A DNA stretch of 64,000 nucleotides, taken from an uncultured Eubacteriales bacterium. Lineage in GTDB: Bacteria > Bacillota > Clostridia > Oscillospirales > Oscillospiraceae. The notes under the pieces are model-generated. The model searched no databases. It saw only the letters and a list, made by a program, of their open reading frames with translations, and was not told the origin of the DNA. Both the position numbers and the translations under genes were made by a program. Positions 1 through 8,115 of the stretch are shown piece by piece. Positions within the stretch are counted from its first letter, which is position 1. Every line of letters starts with the position of its first letter. Location of the stretch: contig UQVA01000002.1 in the NCBI GenBank assembly GCA_900544405.1, forward strand, positions 17,095-81,094, written 5' to 3'.

Positions 1-162
1 AACAAGGCCGTGGCCGAGGCGCTGGACGGTCTGCCTGCCCACAAGATGCACTGCTCCGTGCTGGCAGAGGAAGCCATCAAGAACGCCTTGGAAGATTACT
101 TCAAGAAGAATAACATTCCCTATGACGCTGCCACCCTGGCATGTGAGCACGTCCACGAATAA
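1..162 (+). CDS. nifU: Fe-S cluster assembly scaffold NifU/IscU, C-terminal fragment (5' end outside window)
   Basis: In-frame translation ...MHCSVLAEEAIKNALEDYFKKNN...* matches conserved IscU/NifU C-terminus; stop at 160-162. Confidence 0.7.
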   Translation, partial: NKAVAEALDGLPAHKMHCSVLAEEAIKNALEDYFKKNNIPYDAATLACEHVHE

Positions 163-168
163 AGGCTT

Positions 169-600
169 ATGATCGTTTCGACCAAAGGCCGGTATGCCCT
201 GCGGGTGATGGTATTCTTGGCGAAGAGGACGGATCGGGAGTATGTGCCCGTGAAGGAAATCGCCGAGCAGGAGGAGATCTCCCAGAAATATCTGGAATCC
301 ATTATGACCATCCTTTCCAAGGCGGGCTTTTTGCAGGCGGTTCAGGGCAAGGGCGGCGGCTACCGGCTCAGCCGGAACCCGTCGGAATATACCGTGGGCA
401 GCATTCTGAAGCTGACGGAGGGCAATCTGGCACCGGTTTCCTGCACTACCCATGGTCCTTCGGCCTGTTCCCGAACCGGCTGCTGCGACACATTGCCCAT
501 GTGGGAGAAGCTGGACAAGCTCATCGACGATTATTTCGAGAGCATCACCCTGGCGGACCTATTAAAAATGCCCCCCTGCCAACCGGCACCGGAAGAATAA
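169..600 (+). CDS. Rrf2 family transcriptional regulator (IscR/CymR-like)
   Basis: 143 aa; N-terminal wHTH 'TKGRYALRVMVFLA', Gly-rich 'QGKGGGYRL', C-terminal Cys cluster typical of Rrf2. Confidence 0.85.
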   Translation: MIVSTKGRYALRVMVFLAKRTDREYVPVKEIAEQEEISQKYLESIMTILSKAGFLQAVQGKGGGYRLSRNPSEYTVGSILKLTEGNLAPVSCTTHGPSACSRTGCCDTLPMWEKLDKLIDDYFESITLADLLKMPPCQPAPEE

Positions 601-605
601 ATCCA

Positions 606-644
606 AGGACAGTCTCCAAAAACGGGGGCTGTCCTTTTTTGCCC
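606..644 (+). terminator. Rho-independent terminator after Rrf2 gene
   Basis: ggacag...ctgtcc hairpin followed by tttttt. Confidence 0.5.
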
Positions 645-675
645 TTTGAAAAATTAGGAAAACCGTAAAAATAGG

Positions 676-704
676 TTGCTTTTTCGGGAAATCTTCTGTA
701 TAAT
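676..704 (+). promoter_or_regulatory. sigma-A type promoter (TTGCTT-17-TATAAT) for MATE gene
   Basis: -35 TTGCTT 676-681, 17-nt spacer, -10 TATAAT 699-704. Confidence 0.45.
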
Positions 705-743
705 AAATTAATTACTGATTTTTTAGAGAAAGAAGGCAGAGAT

Positions 744-2141
744 ATGACGAAACAAGCCCAAACGCCTTTGCAGCAGGAGAACAAAATGCGGACCATGCCT
801 CTTGGCAGGCTGCTTTTGACCATGGCACTGCCCCTGGTCATCTCCATGCTGGTGCAGGCCCTTTATAACGTGGTGGACAGCATTTACGTGTCCCGAATTT
901 CCGAGAGCGCCGTGACGGCCCTCTCCCTGGCATTCCCCGTGCAGAATCTGCTCATCGGCTTCGCCACCGGCGTGGGCGTGGGCGTAAATTCCCTGTTGAG
1001 CAAATCCTTGGGGGAGGGGAATAAAGAGCGGGCCAATGCCGCCGCAGGAAACGGCATCATCCTCATGCTCCTGTGCGTGCTGCTGTTCATGGCCTTCGGC
1101 GTTTTCGGCAGCCATCCCTATTTTGCCATCCAGTCCGAGGTGGAGGAGACCGTGGAGGGCGGCGCTTCCTATATTGCCATTTGCTGCATTTTCAGTCTTG
1201 GCATTTTCGTAGAGATTTTGGGGGAGCGTCTGCTGCAGGCTGCCGGCAAGACCGTGTACACCCTCTACACCCAGGGCATCGGTGCCATCATCAATATCAT
1301 CCTGGACCCGGTGTTCATTTTCGGTGTGCCTGCCATCGGCATTCCCGCCATGGGCATTTCCGGCGCTGCGGTGGCCACGGTCATCGGCCAGTGGGTGGCG
1401 GCCATTCTTTCCGTGTTCTTTAATTTGAAGCGCAACACCGATCTGGAATTCCACAAGCGCTATTTCCGGCTCCATGCCGACGTGGTGATGCCCATTCTCA
1501 CCGTGGGCGTGCCGTCCATCATTATGATGGCCATTGGTTCCGTGATGACCTTCGGCATGAACCAGATTTTGCAGGGCTTCAAGGACTACGGCGAGACGGC
1601 TACCGGCGTGTTCGGCATTTACTTCAAGCTGCAGAGTTTCTTCTTCATGCCCATTTACGGCCTGAACAACGCCAGTGTGTCCATTCTGGCCTATAACTAC
1701 GGAGCCCGGGAGCCGAAGCGCATCATCGGCACCCTGAAACGGGCTCTGGGCGTGGCGCTGAGCGTGATGATTTTGGGCCTGTTGGCCTTTCAGATCGTCC
1801 CCGGTGCGCTGCTGGACATTTTTGAGCCCTCCGAGCAGTTCAAGAGCATCGGATGCACCGCTCTGCGGATCATCAGCTGGTCCTTCCCCTTAGCGGCGGT
1901 GGGCATCGTCCTCAGTGCCAGCTTCCAGGCGCTGGGTACGGGCATTTACTCCACCATCATCTCCCTGTGCCGCCAGCTGGTGGTACTGCTGCCGGTGGCT
2001 TACTTCATGAGCCTGACCCGGGACTTGGATGCGGTGTGGTGGGCCTTCCCCATTGCGGAGGTGTTCAGTACGGCTCTGTCTATGTTGTATTACGGACGTA
2101 TTTACCGGAAGAAGATCAGGCCTCTGTACGAGGAAAACTGA
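744..2141 (+). CDS. MATE family efflux transporter
   Basis: 465 aa, 12 predicted TM helices, characteristic MATE N-terminus 'PLGRLLLTMALPLVISMLVQALYNVVDSIYVSR'. Confidence 0.85.
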   Translation: MTKQAQTPLQQENKMRTMPLGRLLLTMALPLVISMLVQALYNVVDSIYVSRISESAVTALSLAFPVQNLLIGFATGVGVGVNSLLSKSLGEGNKERANAAAGNGIILMLLCVLLFMAFGVFGSHPYFAIQSEVEETVEGGASYIAICCIFSLGIFVEILGERLLQAAGKTVYTLYTQGIGAIINIILDPVFIFGVPAIGIPAMGISGAAVATVIGQWVAAILSVFFNLKRNTDLEFHKRYFRLHADVVMPILTVGVPSIIMMAIGSVMTFGMNQILQGFKDYGETATGVFGIYFKLQSFFFMPIYGLNNASVSILAYNYGAREPKRIIGTLKRALGVALSVMILGLLAFQIVPGALLDIFEPSEQFKSIGCTALRIISWSFPLAAVGIVLSASFQALGTGIYSTIISLCRQLVVLLPVAYFMSLTRDLDAVWWAFPIAEVFSTALSMLYYGRIYRKKIRPLYEEN

Positions 2142-2236
2142 CAAATTTTGAAAACACCCCCGGGAACGGTTGTCCCCGGGGGCCTTTTGTGCTATAATGA
2201 AACAAATCGTCTGATCCTGTCAGGAAGGAAAGAACC

Positions 2237-3115
2237 ATGAATGTGAATGCCATTACGCTGCCCCAGCAGGATGCCAGGAAGCTGCTGGGTGCGGCCAACG
2301 CCGATGCAGCGCTGCTGTATCTGTATATTGCCGCAGGCAATGATCCCGGGAAGGCCGGGGAGGACCTGCGCCTGCCGGACAGCCGCCTGAACTGTGCCGG
2401 GGCCATTCTGCGTCAGCTGGGCCTGTGGCCGGAGGTGCTGCCTACGAAAATTTTGGCCGGGGAGCGACCCAATTATTCGGAAAACGATGTGCTGGATGCC
2501 ATGGAGCGGGACATGGACTTCCGGAGCCTTTACGGGGAGGTCCAGCGGCTGCTGGGCCGGAACCTGAACACCGAGGAACTGAAAATTTTGCTGGGCTTTG
2601 TGCGTTATCTGGGCCTGCCGGGGGACGTGATTTCCCTGCTGGTGTGCTACTGCAAGGAGCGGGCCAGGAAGCGGGGTTCCCTGCGGAATCCGTCTTTGCG
2701 GACCATTGAAAAGGAAGCCTATCAATGGGCAGAGCAGGGCATTGACACGCTGGAGGCTGCCTCTGCTTACATCCAGACCCAGAACCAGCGGGAGAGCCAG
2801 ATGACTTCCTTGATGTCCCTGCTGCAGATTCGTGGCCGGAACCTGACCGCAGCCGAGGAGCGCTACGCCGGGGCCTGGCTCACCATGGGCTTTGACGCCG
2901 ACGCCATTCGGGAGGCCTACGAGCGGACCTGCCTGAACACCGGCGGGCTGAACTGGGCGTACATGAACAAAATTCTCATCCGCTGGCAGCAGGCCGGGTT
3001 CCATACCCTGGAGCAGGTCCGTGCCGGGGACCAGAAGAATCTTCCCAAGGGCGCTTCCGGCCAGCTGGGCGAAGCGGAATTGGAAGCCATTCAGAGCATT
3101 TTGCAGGAGGGATAA
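2237..3115 (+). CDS. DnaD-domain replication initiation/membrane attachment protein (DnaB(Bsu)/DnaD-like)
   Basis: 292 aa; DnaD/DnaB_2 C-terminal domain pattern 'EELKILLGFVRYLGLPGDVISLLVCYC'; immediately followed by dnaI-like gene. Confidence 0.7.
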   Translation: MNVNAITLPQQDARKLLGAANADAALLYLYIAAGNDPGKAGEDLRLPDSRLNCAGAILRQLGLWPEVLPTKILAGERPNYSENDVLDAMERDMDFRSLYGEVQRLLGRNLNTEELKILLGFVRYLGLPGDVISLLVCYCKERARKRGSLRNPSLRTIEKEAYQWAEQGIDTLEAASAYIQTQNQRESQMTSLMSLLQIRGRNLTAAEERYAGAWLTMGFDADAIREAYERTCLNTGGLNWAYMNKILIRWQQAGFHTLEQVRAGDQKNLPKGASGQLGEAELEAIQSILQEG

Positions 3116-3118
3116 ACC

Positions 3119-4105
3119 ATGGCATACAGTTTGGAGGTGGTCCGCCGGGCACGGGAGCGGCTGGAGCAGCAGCGTGCCGACCGGGAATCGGAATATCGGG
3201 CCCACCTGGCGGAAGCCTATCGGGAGCAGCCCAGGCTGCGGGAAATTGACCGGCTGCTGCGGCAGACCATGGCCCAGGCGGCCCAGTGCGCCTTCCTGAA
3301 AGGGGAGGAGGGCACGGCCCTCATGGCCAAGGCCAAGGAGGCCAATCTGGCCCTGCAGGCCGAGCGCCGGGAACTGGTCAACACGTTCCCGGAGGGGTAT
3401 CTCAATGACCGGCCCGTCTGCGACAAGTGCGGCGGAACCGGGTACGTCGGCAGCCGGATGTGTTCCTGCCTAGAGGACCTGTGCCGCCAGGAACAGCGGC
3501 GGGAGTTGGCGGGCATGGGCATCCGTGCGGAGGATTTCCGGGATTTCCGGCTGGATTACTATTCCGAACAGATCGACCGGACCTACGGGGCCAGCCCCCG
3601 GATGATCATGGAGCGGAATCTGGAACGCTGCCGCCGGTTCGTCCGGGACTTCGGCGGAAAGCCGGAAAATCTGCTGTTCATCGGCAATACGGGCCTGGGC
3701 AAGACCTTCCTGTCCGCCTGCATCGCCGGAAGTGTGTCCCAGCAGGGGTTCAGCGTCAGCTATGAAAGTGCCGCACACCTGTTTTCCAAGCTGGAACGGG
3801 AGCGGTTTTCCCCCAGCGAGGAAAATAAGCAGGCGGCGGAGGCCATCCGCAATGCGGACCTGTTGATCCTGGACGACCTGGGTACGGAAATGCCCGGCCA
3901 GTTCGTCACGGCGGCCCTTTATACCCTGGTCAACGACCGCCTTATGGAGGGCAAGCCCATGATCATTTCCACCAACCTGAACATCGGGGAAGTGGCCCAG
4001 CGCTACAATCCCCAGATCGCCTCCCGCCTGCAGGGCAGCTTCACCCGGCTGACCTTCGTGGGGGAGGACATTCGCCTGATTATGAGCCGGGAGGGAAGAA
4101 GATGA
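3119..4105 (+). CDS. dnaI: Primosomal helicase loader DnaI/DnaC-like AAA+ ATPase
   Basis: 328 aa; N-terminal Zn-ribbon CDKCGGTGYV...CSC, Walker A 'GNTGLGKTFL', Walker B 'LLILDDLG'. Confidence 0.8.
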   Translation: MAYSLEVVRRARERLEQQRADRESEYRAHLAEAYREQPRLREIDRLLRQTMAQAAQCAFLKGEEGTALMAKAKEANLALQAERRELVNTFPEGYLNDRPVCDKCGGTGYVGSRMCSCLEDLCRQEQRRELAGMGIRAEDFRDFRLDYYSEQIDRTYGASPRMIMERNLERCRRFVRDFGGKPENLLFIGNTGLGKTFLSACIAGSVSQQGFSVSYESAAHLFSKLERERFSPSEENKQAAEAIRNADLLILDDLGTEMPGQFVTAALYTLVNDRLMEGKPMIISTNLNIGEVAQRYNPQIASRLQGSFTRLTFVGEDIRLIMSREGRR

Positions 4106-4755
4106 GTATTGGTGTTCTTTTTGATTTGGACGGAACCCTGCTGGACACCCTGGAGGACCTGAAAAACGCCACCAACGCCACCCTGCGTTCCTTCGGCTGC
4201 CCGGAACGGTCCCTGGAGGAGGTCCGGCAGTTCGTCGGCAACGGAGCCGGGGTGCTGATGAAGAAGGCCCTGCCCGGAAAGCCCACGGACCCGGACTGGC
4301 AGACGGCTCTGGATGCCTTTCATACCTATTACGATGCCCACTGCCGGGAAAAAACCGGTCCCTATCCCGGCGTGCCGGAGATGTTGGCGGAATTGCAAAA
4401 GCGCTATCCCGTGGCCATCGTGTCCAACAAGCCGGACAGCGCCGTGAAGCAGCTTTGCGCCTATTATTTCCCGGGGATTTTCGCCCGGGGGGAGGATGCG
4501 GACTGCCCCCGGAAGCCTGCGCCGGATATGCTCTATCAGGCCATGAGGGCCGTGGGGGCTGATGGCTGCATTTATGTGGGCGACAGCGACGTGGACATTG
4601 CCACGGCGAAAAACGCTGGTGTACCCTGTCTGAGTGTCCTGTGGGGCTTCCGGGACCGGGACTTCCTGAGGACCTCCGGGGCCACCCACTTCTGCGCCGA
4701 CCCCAGGGACCTTCCGGAAATGATCGAGAAGATGGGGGCGGAATATGGCAAATGA
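4102..4755 (+). CDS. HAD-family hydrolase (phosphoglycolate phosphatase-like)
   Basis: 217 aa; motif I 'LFDLDGTLLDT', motif IV 'VGDSDVDIATAKNAG'. Confidence 0.8.
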   Translation: MSIGVLFDLDGTLLDTLEDLKNATNATLRSFGCPERSLEEVRQFVGNGAGVLMKKALPGKPTDPDWQTALDAFHTYYDAHCREKTGPYPGVPEMLAELQKRYPVAIVSNKPDSAVKQLCAYYFPGIFARGEDADCPRKPAPDMLYQAMRAVGADGCIYVGDSDVDIATAKNAGVPCLSVLWGFRDRDFLRTSGATHFCADPRDLPEMIEKMGAEYGK

Positions 4756-5320
4756 GTTTTATGCCCTCTTGGGCCGAATGCGCTATATCACCCGCTGGGG
4801 CCTTATGCGGAATACCTTTTCCGAGAACATTCAGGAGCACAGCCATCAGGTGGCGGTGCTGGCCCATGCACTGGCGCTGATCAGACGGGAAATCCTTCAT
4901 CTGCCGGGGCCGGACCCGGACCGGTGCGCCGTGGCGGCATTGTATCACGACGCTTCGGAAATTCTCACCGGGGACCTGCCCACGCCCATCAAGTATTACA
5001 ACCCGGACATCAAGGATGCCTACAAGCAGGTGGAGCATATCGCCGGGAATCGGCTGCTGGAAATGCTGCCGGAAGCCCTGCGGGAGATCTATACGCCCCT
5101 GGTGATGGAATCCGACGAGGACTTGAACCCCATCGTCAAGGCGGCGGACAAGCTCAGTGCCTATATTAAGTGCGTGGAGGAGCAGAAGGCGGGCAATAAG
5201 GAGTTCGATTCTGCGGCGGAGCAGACCATGCAGGCCCTCCATGCCATGGACCGGCCGGAACTGGAATGGTTCCTGGACCAGTGCCTTCCGGCGTTTTCCA
5301 AGAATCTGGACCAGCTCTGA
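4745..5320 (+). CDS. HD-domain 5'-deoxynucleotidase YfbR-like
   Basis: 191 aa; 'RWGLMRNTFSENIQEHSHQVAVLAHALA...LYHDASEILTGDLPTPIK' YfbR signature. Confidence 0.8.
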   Translation: MANEFYALLGRMRYITRWGLMRNTFSENIQEHSHQVAVLAHALALIRREILHLPGPDPDRCAVAALYHDASEILTGDLPTPIKYYNPDIKDAYKQVEHIAGNRLLEMLPEALREIYTPLVMESDEDLNPIVKAADKLSAYIKCVEEQKAGNKEFDSAAEQTMQALHAMDRPELEWFLDQCLPAFSKNLDQL

Positions 5321-5323
5321 GCC

Positions 5324-5352
5324 TTGACGGCAGGGCAAAAGTGTGCTATTAT
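5324..5352 (+). promoter_or_regulatory. sigma-A type promoter (TTGACG-17-TATTAT) for tRNA-Leu
   Basis: -35 5324-5329, -10 5347-5352, ~28 nt upstream of tRNA 5' end. Confidence 0.5.
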
Positions 5353-5379
5353 GAACGGCGGTGAACACCACCGCCTTAC

Positions 5380-5465
5380 GCCGCTGTGGTGGAATCGGTA
5401 GACACAAGGGACTTAAAATCCCTCGGCCATAAACCGTGCGGGTTCGAGCCCCGCCAGCGGCACCA
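5380..5465 (+). tRNA. tRNA-Leu (anticodon TAA), class II with long variable arm, CCA encoded
   Basis: Acceptor stem GCCGCTG/CAGCGGC, anticodon loop CTTAAAA, T-loop GGTTCGAGCCC, ends CACCA. Confidence 0.9.
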
Positions 5466-5469
5466 AAAA

Positions 5470-5507
5470 ATCGGCAGGTCCCAGGAGCGGGACCTGCCGA
5501 TTTTTTC
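5470..5507 (+). terminator. Rho-independent terminator after tRNA-Leu
   Basis: atcggcaggtccc...gggacctgccgat hairpin + ttttt. Confidence 0.7.
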
Positions 5508-5572
5508 ATACAGAGGAACAAAATAGACGTGTTTCTTTCATAAAAAGCCCGTTCCGGCTGATTTTGGGCAGC

Positions 5573-5604
5573 AAAAAACGCCGCCCGGTCAGGCGGCGTT
5601 ATTG
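5573..5604 (-). terminator. Rho-independent terminator for rpmB (minus strand)
   Basis: aacgccgcc-cggtca-ggcggcgtt hairpin; T-run on minus strand. Confidence 0.6.
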
Positions 5605-5614
5605 TTGGCAGGAA

Positions 5615-5803
5615 TCAGATGGCCCGCTCAACCTTGTTGGAACGGAGGCATCTGGTACAAGCGTACACATGGCACGGAGTCCCGTTGACAATGGCCTTCA
5701 CCCGCTTCACATTGGGCTTCCAGGTCCGATTTGCACGTCTGTGGGAGTGGGAAACCTTAATACCGAAGGTCACGCCCTTGCCACAATAATCACATTTTGC
5801 CAT
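5615..5803 (-). CDS. rpmB: 50S ribosomal protein L28
   Basis: 62 aa 'MAKCDYCGKGVTFGIKVSHSHRRANRTWKPN'; RBS GGGAGGTG. Confidence 0.9.
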   Translation of the reverse strand: MAKCDYCGKGVTFGIKVSHSHRRANRTWKPNVKRVKAIVNGTPCHVYACTRCLRSNKVERAI

Positions 5804-5859
5804 TCACTGCACCTCCCATCCGCATGATGATTCATAGATACGCTTTTAAGCGCCCTGAT

Positions 5860-5888
5860 ATAATACCAGAGTTTGCCGAAAAATGCAA
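5860..5888 (-). promoter_or_regulatory. sigma-A promoter for rpmB (TTGCAT-17-TATTAT on minus strand)
   Basis: minus-strand -35 at 5883-5888, -10 at 5860-5865. Confidence 0.5.
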
Positions 5889-5927
5889 GTCTTTTTTTTA
5901 GATTTTTCTGATTTTTTGAAAAACGGC

Positions 5928-5956
5928 TTGCTATTCCATGGCCGGACCGGTATAAT
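5928..5956 (+). promoter_or_regulatory. sigma-A promoter for hprK (TTGCTA-17-TATAAT)
   Basis: -35 5928-5933, -10 5951-5956. Confidence 0.5.
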
Positions 5957-5998
5957 GAAGGAAAACATCCTACCCTTGGAAGAAAGAGGCGATGCAAT

Positions 5999-6952
5999 TT
6001 GTCAGAAGAATACAGCGTGGCCCTGACGGATGTGGTGAAGCGGTTCCATCTGGAGGTGCTTTTTGCAGCCACGGATTACGAATCCATCCGGCTGACTGTG
6101 GCCGACGTGGCCCGTCCCGGCCTGCAGCTGGCGGGATATTTCGACCACTTTGAGCCTATGCGCTTGCAGGTCATCGGCAACGTGGAGGAAAGCTACCTGC
6201 AAAAGCTCACTGCCACCGAGCGAGCCATGATCTTTGACCGGTTCTTTTCCTATAAATGTCCTGCGCTGCTGGTGGCCCGGAATATGGAGCCGCTGCCGGA
6301 GTGCCTGGAAATGGCGAAACGCCACAACGTGACCCTCCTGCGCTCTCAGGAGGCCACCAGCACCATCGTTTCCACCATCATCGCTTACCTGACCGGTGTG
6401 CTGGCCCCCTGCATCACTCGGCATGGTGTTATGATGGAGATTTACGGCGAAGGGGTCCTGCTGCTGGGTGAAAGCGGCATGGGCAAAAGCGAAGCCGCCA
6501 TCGAATTGGTGAAGCGTGGTCACCGGCTGGTGGCCGACGATGCTGTGGAAATCCGCAAGACCTCCGAAAGCACCCTGATGGCCACGGCCCCGGAGGTGGT
6601 GCGGAATTTCGTGGAACTTCGCGGCATTGGCATCATCAACGTGGCCCAGCTGTTCGGCGCCGGTGCCGTCCGGCGGGAGGTGGACATCGATCTGGTGGTG
6701 AACATCGTTCCCTGGAACCAGAACGAAAGCTATGACCGGCTGGGCATCGAGAGCCAGTATATGGAGATCATGGGCAACAAAATTCCCATGAACACCATCC
6801 CCATCACCCCCGGCCGAAACCTGGCGGTGATCCTGGAGGTGGCGGCCATGAACAACCGCCAGCGGAAAATGGGCTACAACCCTGGCCTGGACTTCACCAA
6901 TCAGATTTCCATGCGCATGGAGCAGGAAGCGGGGTACCGACTGCCGCTATGA
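5999..6952 (+). CDS. hprK: HPr kinase/phosphorylase
   Basis: 317 aa, TTG start; 'GVLLLGESGMGKSEAAIELVKRGHRLVADDAVEI' P-loop signature. Confidence 0.9.
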   Translation: MSEEYSVALTDVVKRFHLEVLFAATDYESIRLTVADVARPGLQLAGYFDHFEPMRLQVIGNVEESYLQKLTATERAMIFDRFFSYKCPALLVARNMEPLPECLEMAKRHNVTLLRSQEATSTIVSTIIAYLTGVLAPCITRHGVMMEIYGEGVLLLGESGMGKSEAAIELVKRGHRLVADDAVEIRKTSESTLMATAPEVVRNFVELRGIGIINVAQLFGAGAVRREVDIDLVVNIVPWNQNESYDRLGIESQYMEIMGNKIPMNTIPITPGRNLAVILEVAAMNNRQRKMGYNPGLDFTNQISMRMEQEAGYRLPL

Positions 6953-7911
6953 AAGAGTTTACCATCGGAAAAAACGATGCCGGTCAGCGGCTGGACCGGT
7001 ATCTTGCCAAGGCGGTGCCGCTGCTTCCGGCATCCCTGGCCCAGAAATATATCCGCATCAAGCGCATCAAGCGCAACGGCGGCCGCTGCCAGCGGGACGA
7101 CCGGCTGGAGATCGGCGACGTTTTGCAGCTCTATATCAATGACGAGTTTTTCGATGTACCCCGGGAGGACAATGCTTACTTGACCGTGGCGGCGCCGAAG
7201 CTGAATATCGTCTACGAGGACGACCAGATCATCCTGGTGGACAAGCGGCCCGGTCTGGCTGTCCATCCCCATGATGGGGCCGAGTATGGCCGGACCCTTA
7301 TTGACCACATTCAGGCGTATCTCTACCAGAAGCGGGAGTGGAACCCCAGAGGGGAGAATTCCTTTGCCCCGGCTCTGTGCAACCGCATTGACCGGAACAC
7401 CGGCGGCATTGTCATTGCGGCCAAGACCGCCGAGGCCCTGCGGGTGATGAACCAGAAGATCAAGGACCGGGAACTGGACAAGCGGTATCTGGCCATCGTG
7501 GAGGGGACCCCCAAGCCTCAGAAGGGGACATTGAAGGGCTATCTGTTCAAGGACGCCAAGAAAAACCGGGTATTCGTGACGGATACCCCCCAGACCGGTT
7601 CCAAAAGCTGCGAGACCCGCTATGAGGTCCAGGCCAGCCGCCAGGGGCTTTCTCTGGTGGAGTGCGAGCTGATCACCGGCCGGACCCACCAGATCCGTGC
7701 CCAGTTCGCCCACGCCGGGCATCCGCTCTTAGGCGACGGCAAATACGGCAAGCTGGACAAGCGCTTCGACCGGACCTACCAGGCCCTGTATTCCTATAAA
7801 CTCACCTTCCAGTTTACCACCGACGCCGGAGCTCTGGCCTACCTGGACGGCAAGTCCTTCCAGGTCCAGAAAGTGGACTTCGTGGAGGAGTATTTTCCGG
7901 AATATCGCTGA
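6949..7911 (+). CDS. RluA-family 23S rRNA/tRNA pseudouridine synthase
   Basis: 320 aa; S4-like N-term, catalytic 'HRLDRNTGG', 'RTHQIRAQFAHAGHPLLGD'. Confidence 0.85.
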   Translation: MKEFTIGKNDAGQRLDRYLAKAVPLLPASLAQKYIRIKRIKRNGGRCQRDDRLEIGDVLQLYINDEFFDVPREDNAYLTVAAPKLNIVYEDDQIILVDKRPGLAVHPHDGAEYGRTLIDHIQAYLYQKREWNPRGENSFAPALCNRIDRNTGGIVIAAKTAEALRVMNQKIKDRELDKRYLAIVEGTPKPQKGTLKGYLFKDAKKNRVFVTDTPQTGSKSCETRYEVQASRQGLSLVECELITGRTHQIRAQFAHAGHPLLGDGKYGKLDKRFDRTYQALYSYKLTFQFTTDAGALAYLDGKSFQVQKVDFVEEYFPEYR

Positions 7912-7950
7912 CATCCCAGGCAATTCCCGAAAGGGGAATTGCCTGGGATG
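7912..7950 (+). terminator. Perfect 16-bp inverted repeat immediately after pseudouridine synthase stop
   Basis: atcccaggcaattccc-gaaa-gggaattgcctgggat; no strong T-tract, boundary of AT-rich islet. Confidence 0.5.
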
Positions 7951-8051
7951 TTCATATAGTGTGAACTTTATCGCTTTTGCACAATCCGTTTCCGGATTTT
8001 TCAAAATCTGAGATTCTCATTTGTTCATTGTTACAATTGTTCAAAAAGCTA

Positions 8052-8079
8052 TTGCATTATCTTGTTTGTTCTGTATAAT
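8052..8079 (+). promoter_or_regulatory. sigma-A promoter (TTGCAT-16-TATAAT) for LRR surface protein gene
   Basis: -35 8052-8057, -10 8074-8079; RBS aaagggaagggg before ATG 8116. Confidence 0.5.
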
Positions 8080-8115
8080 TGTAGGTGAATTCAGAAAGGG
8101 AAGGGGTTATTCTCT

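Noticed and set aside
3470-5521. 683-aa minus-strand ORF spanning dnaI, HAD, yfbR and the tRNA-Leu gene
   Set aside because: Crosses four well-supported plus-strand genes and a tRNA; Pro/Arg/Gly-rich antisense artefact
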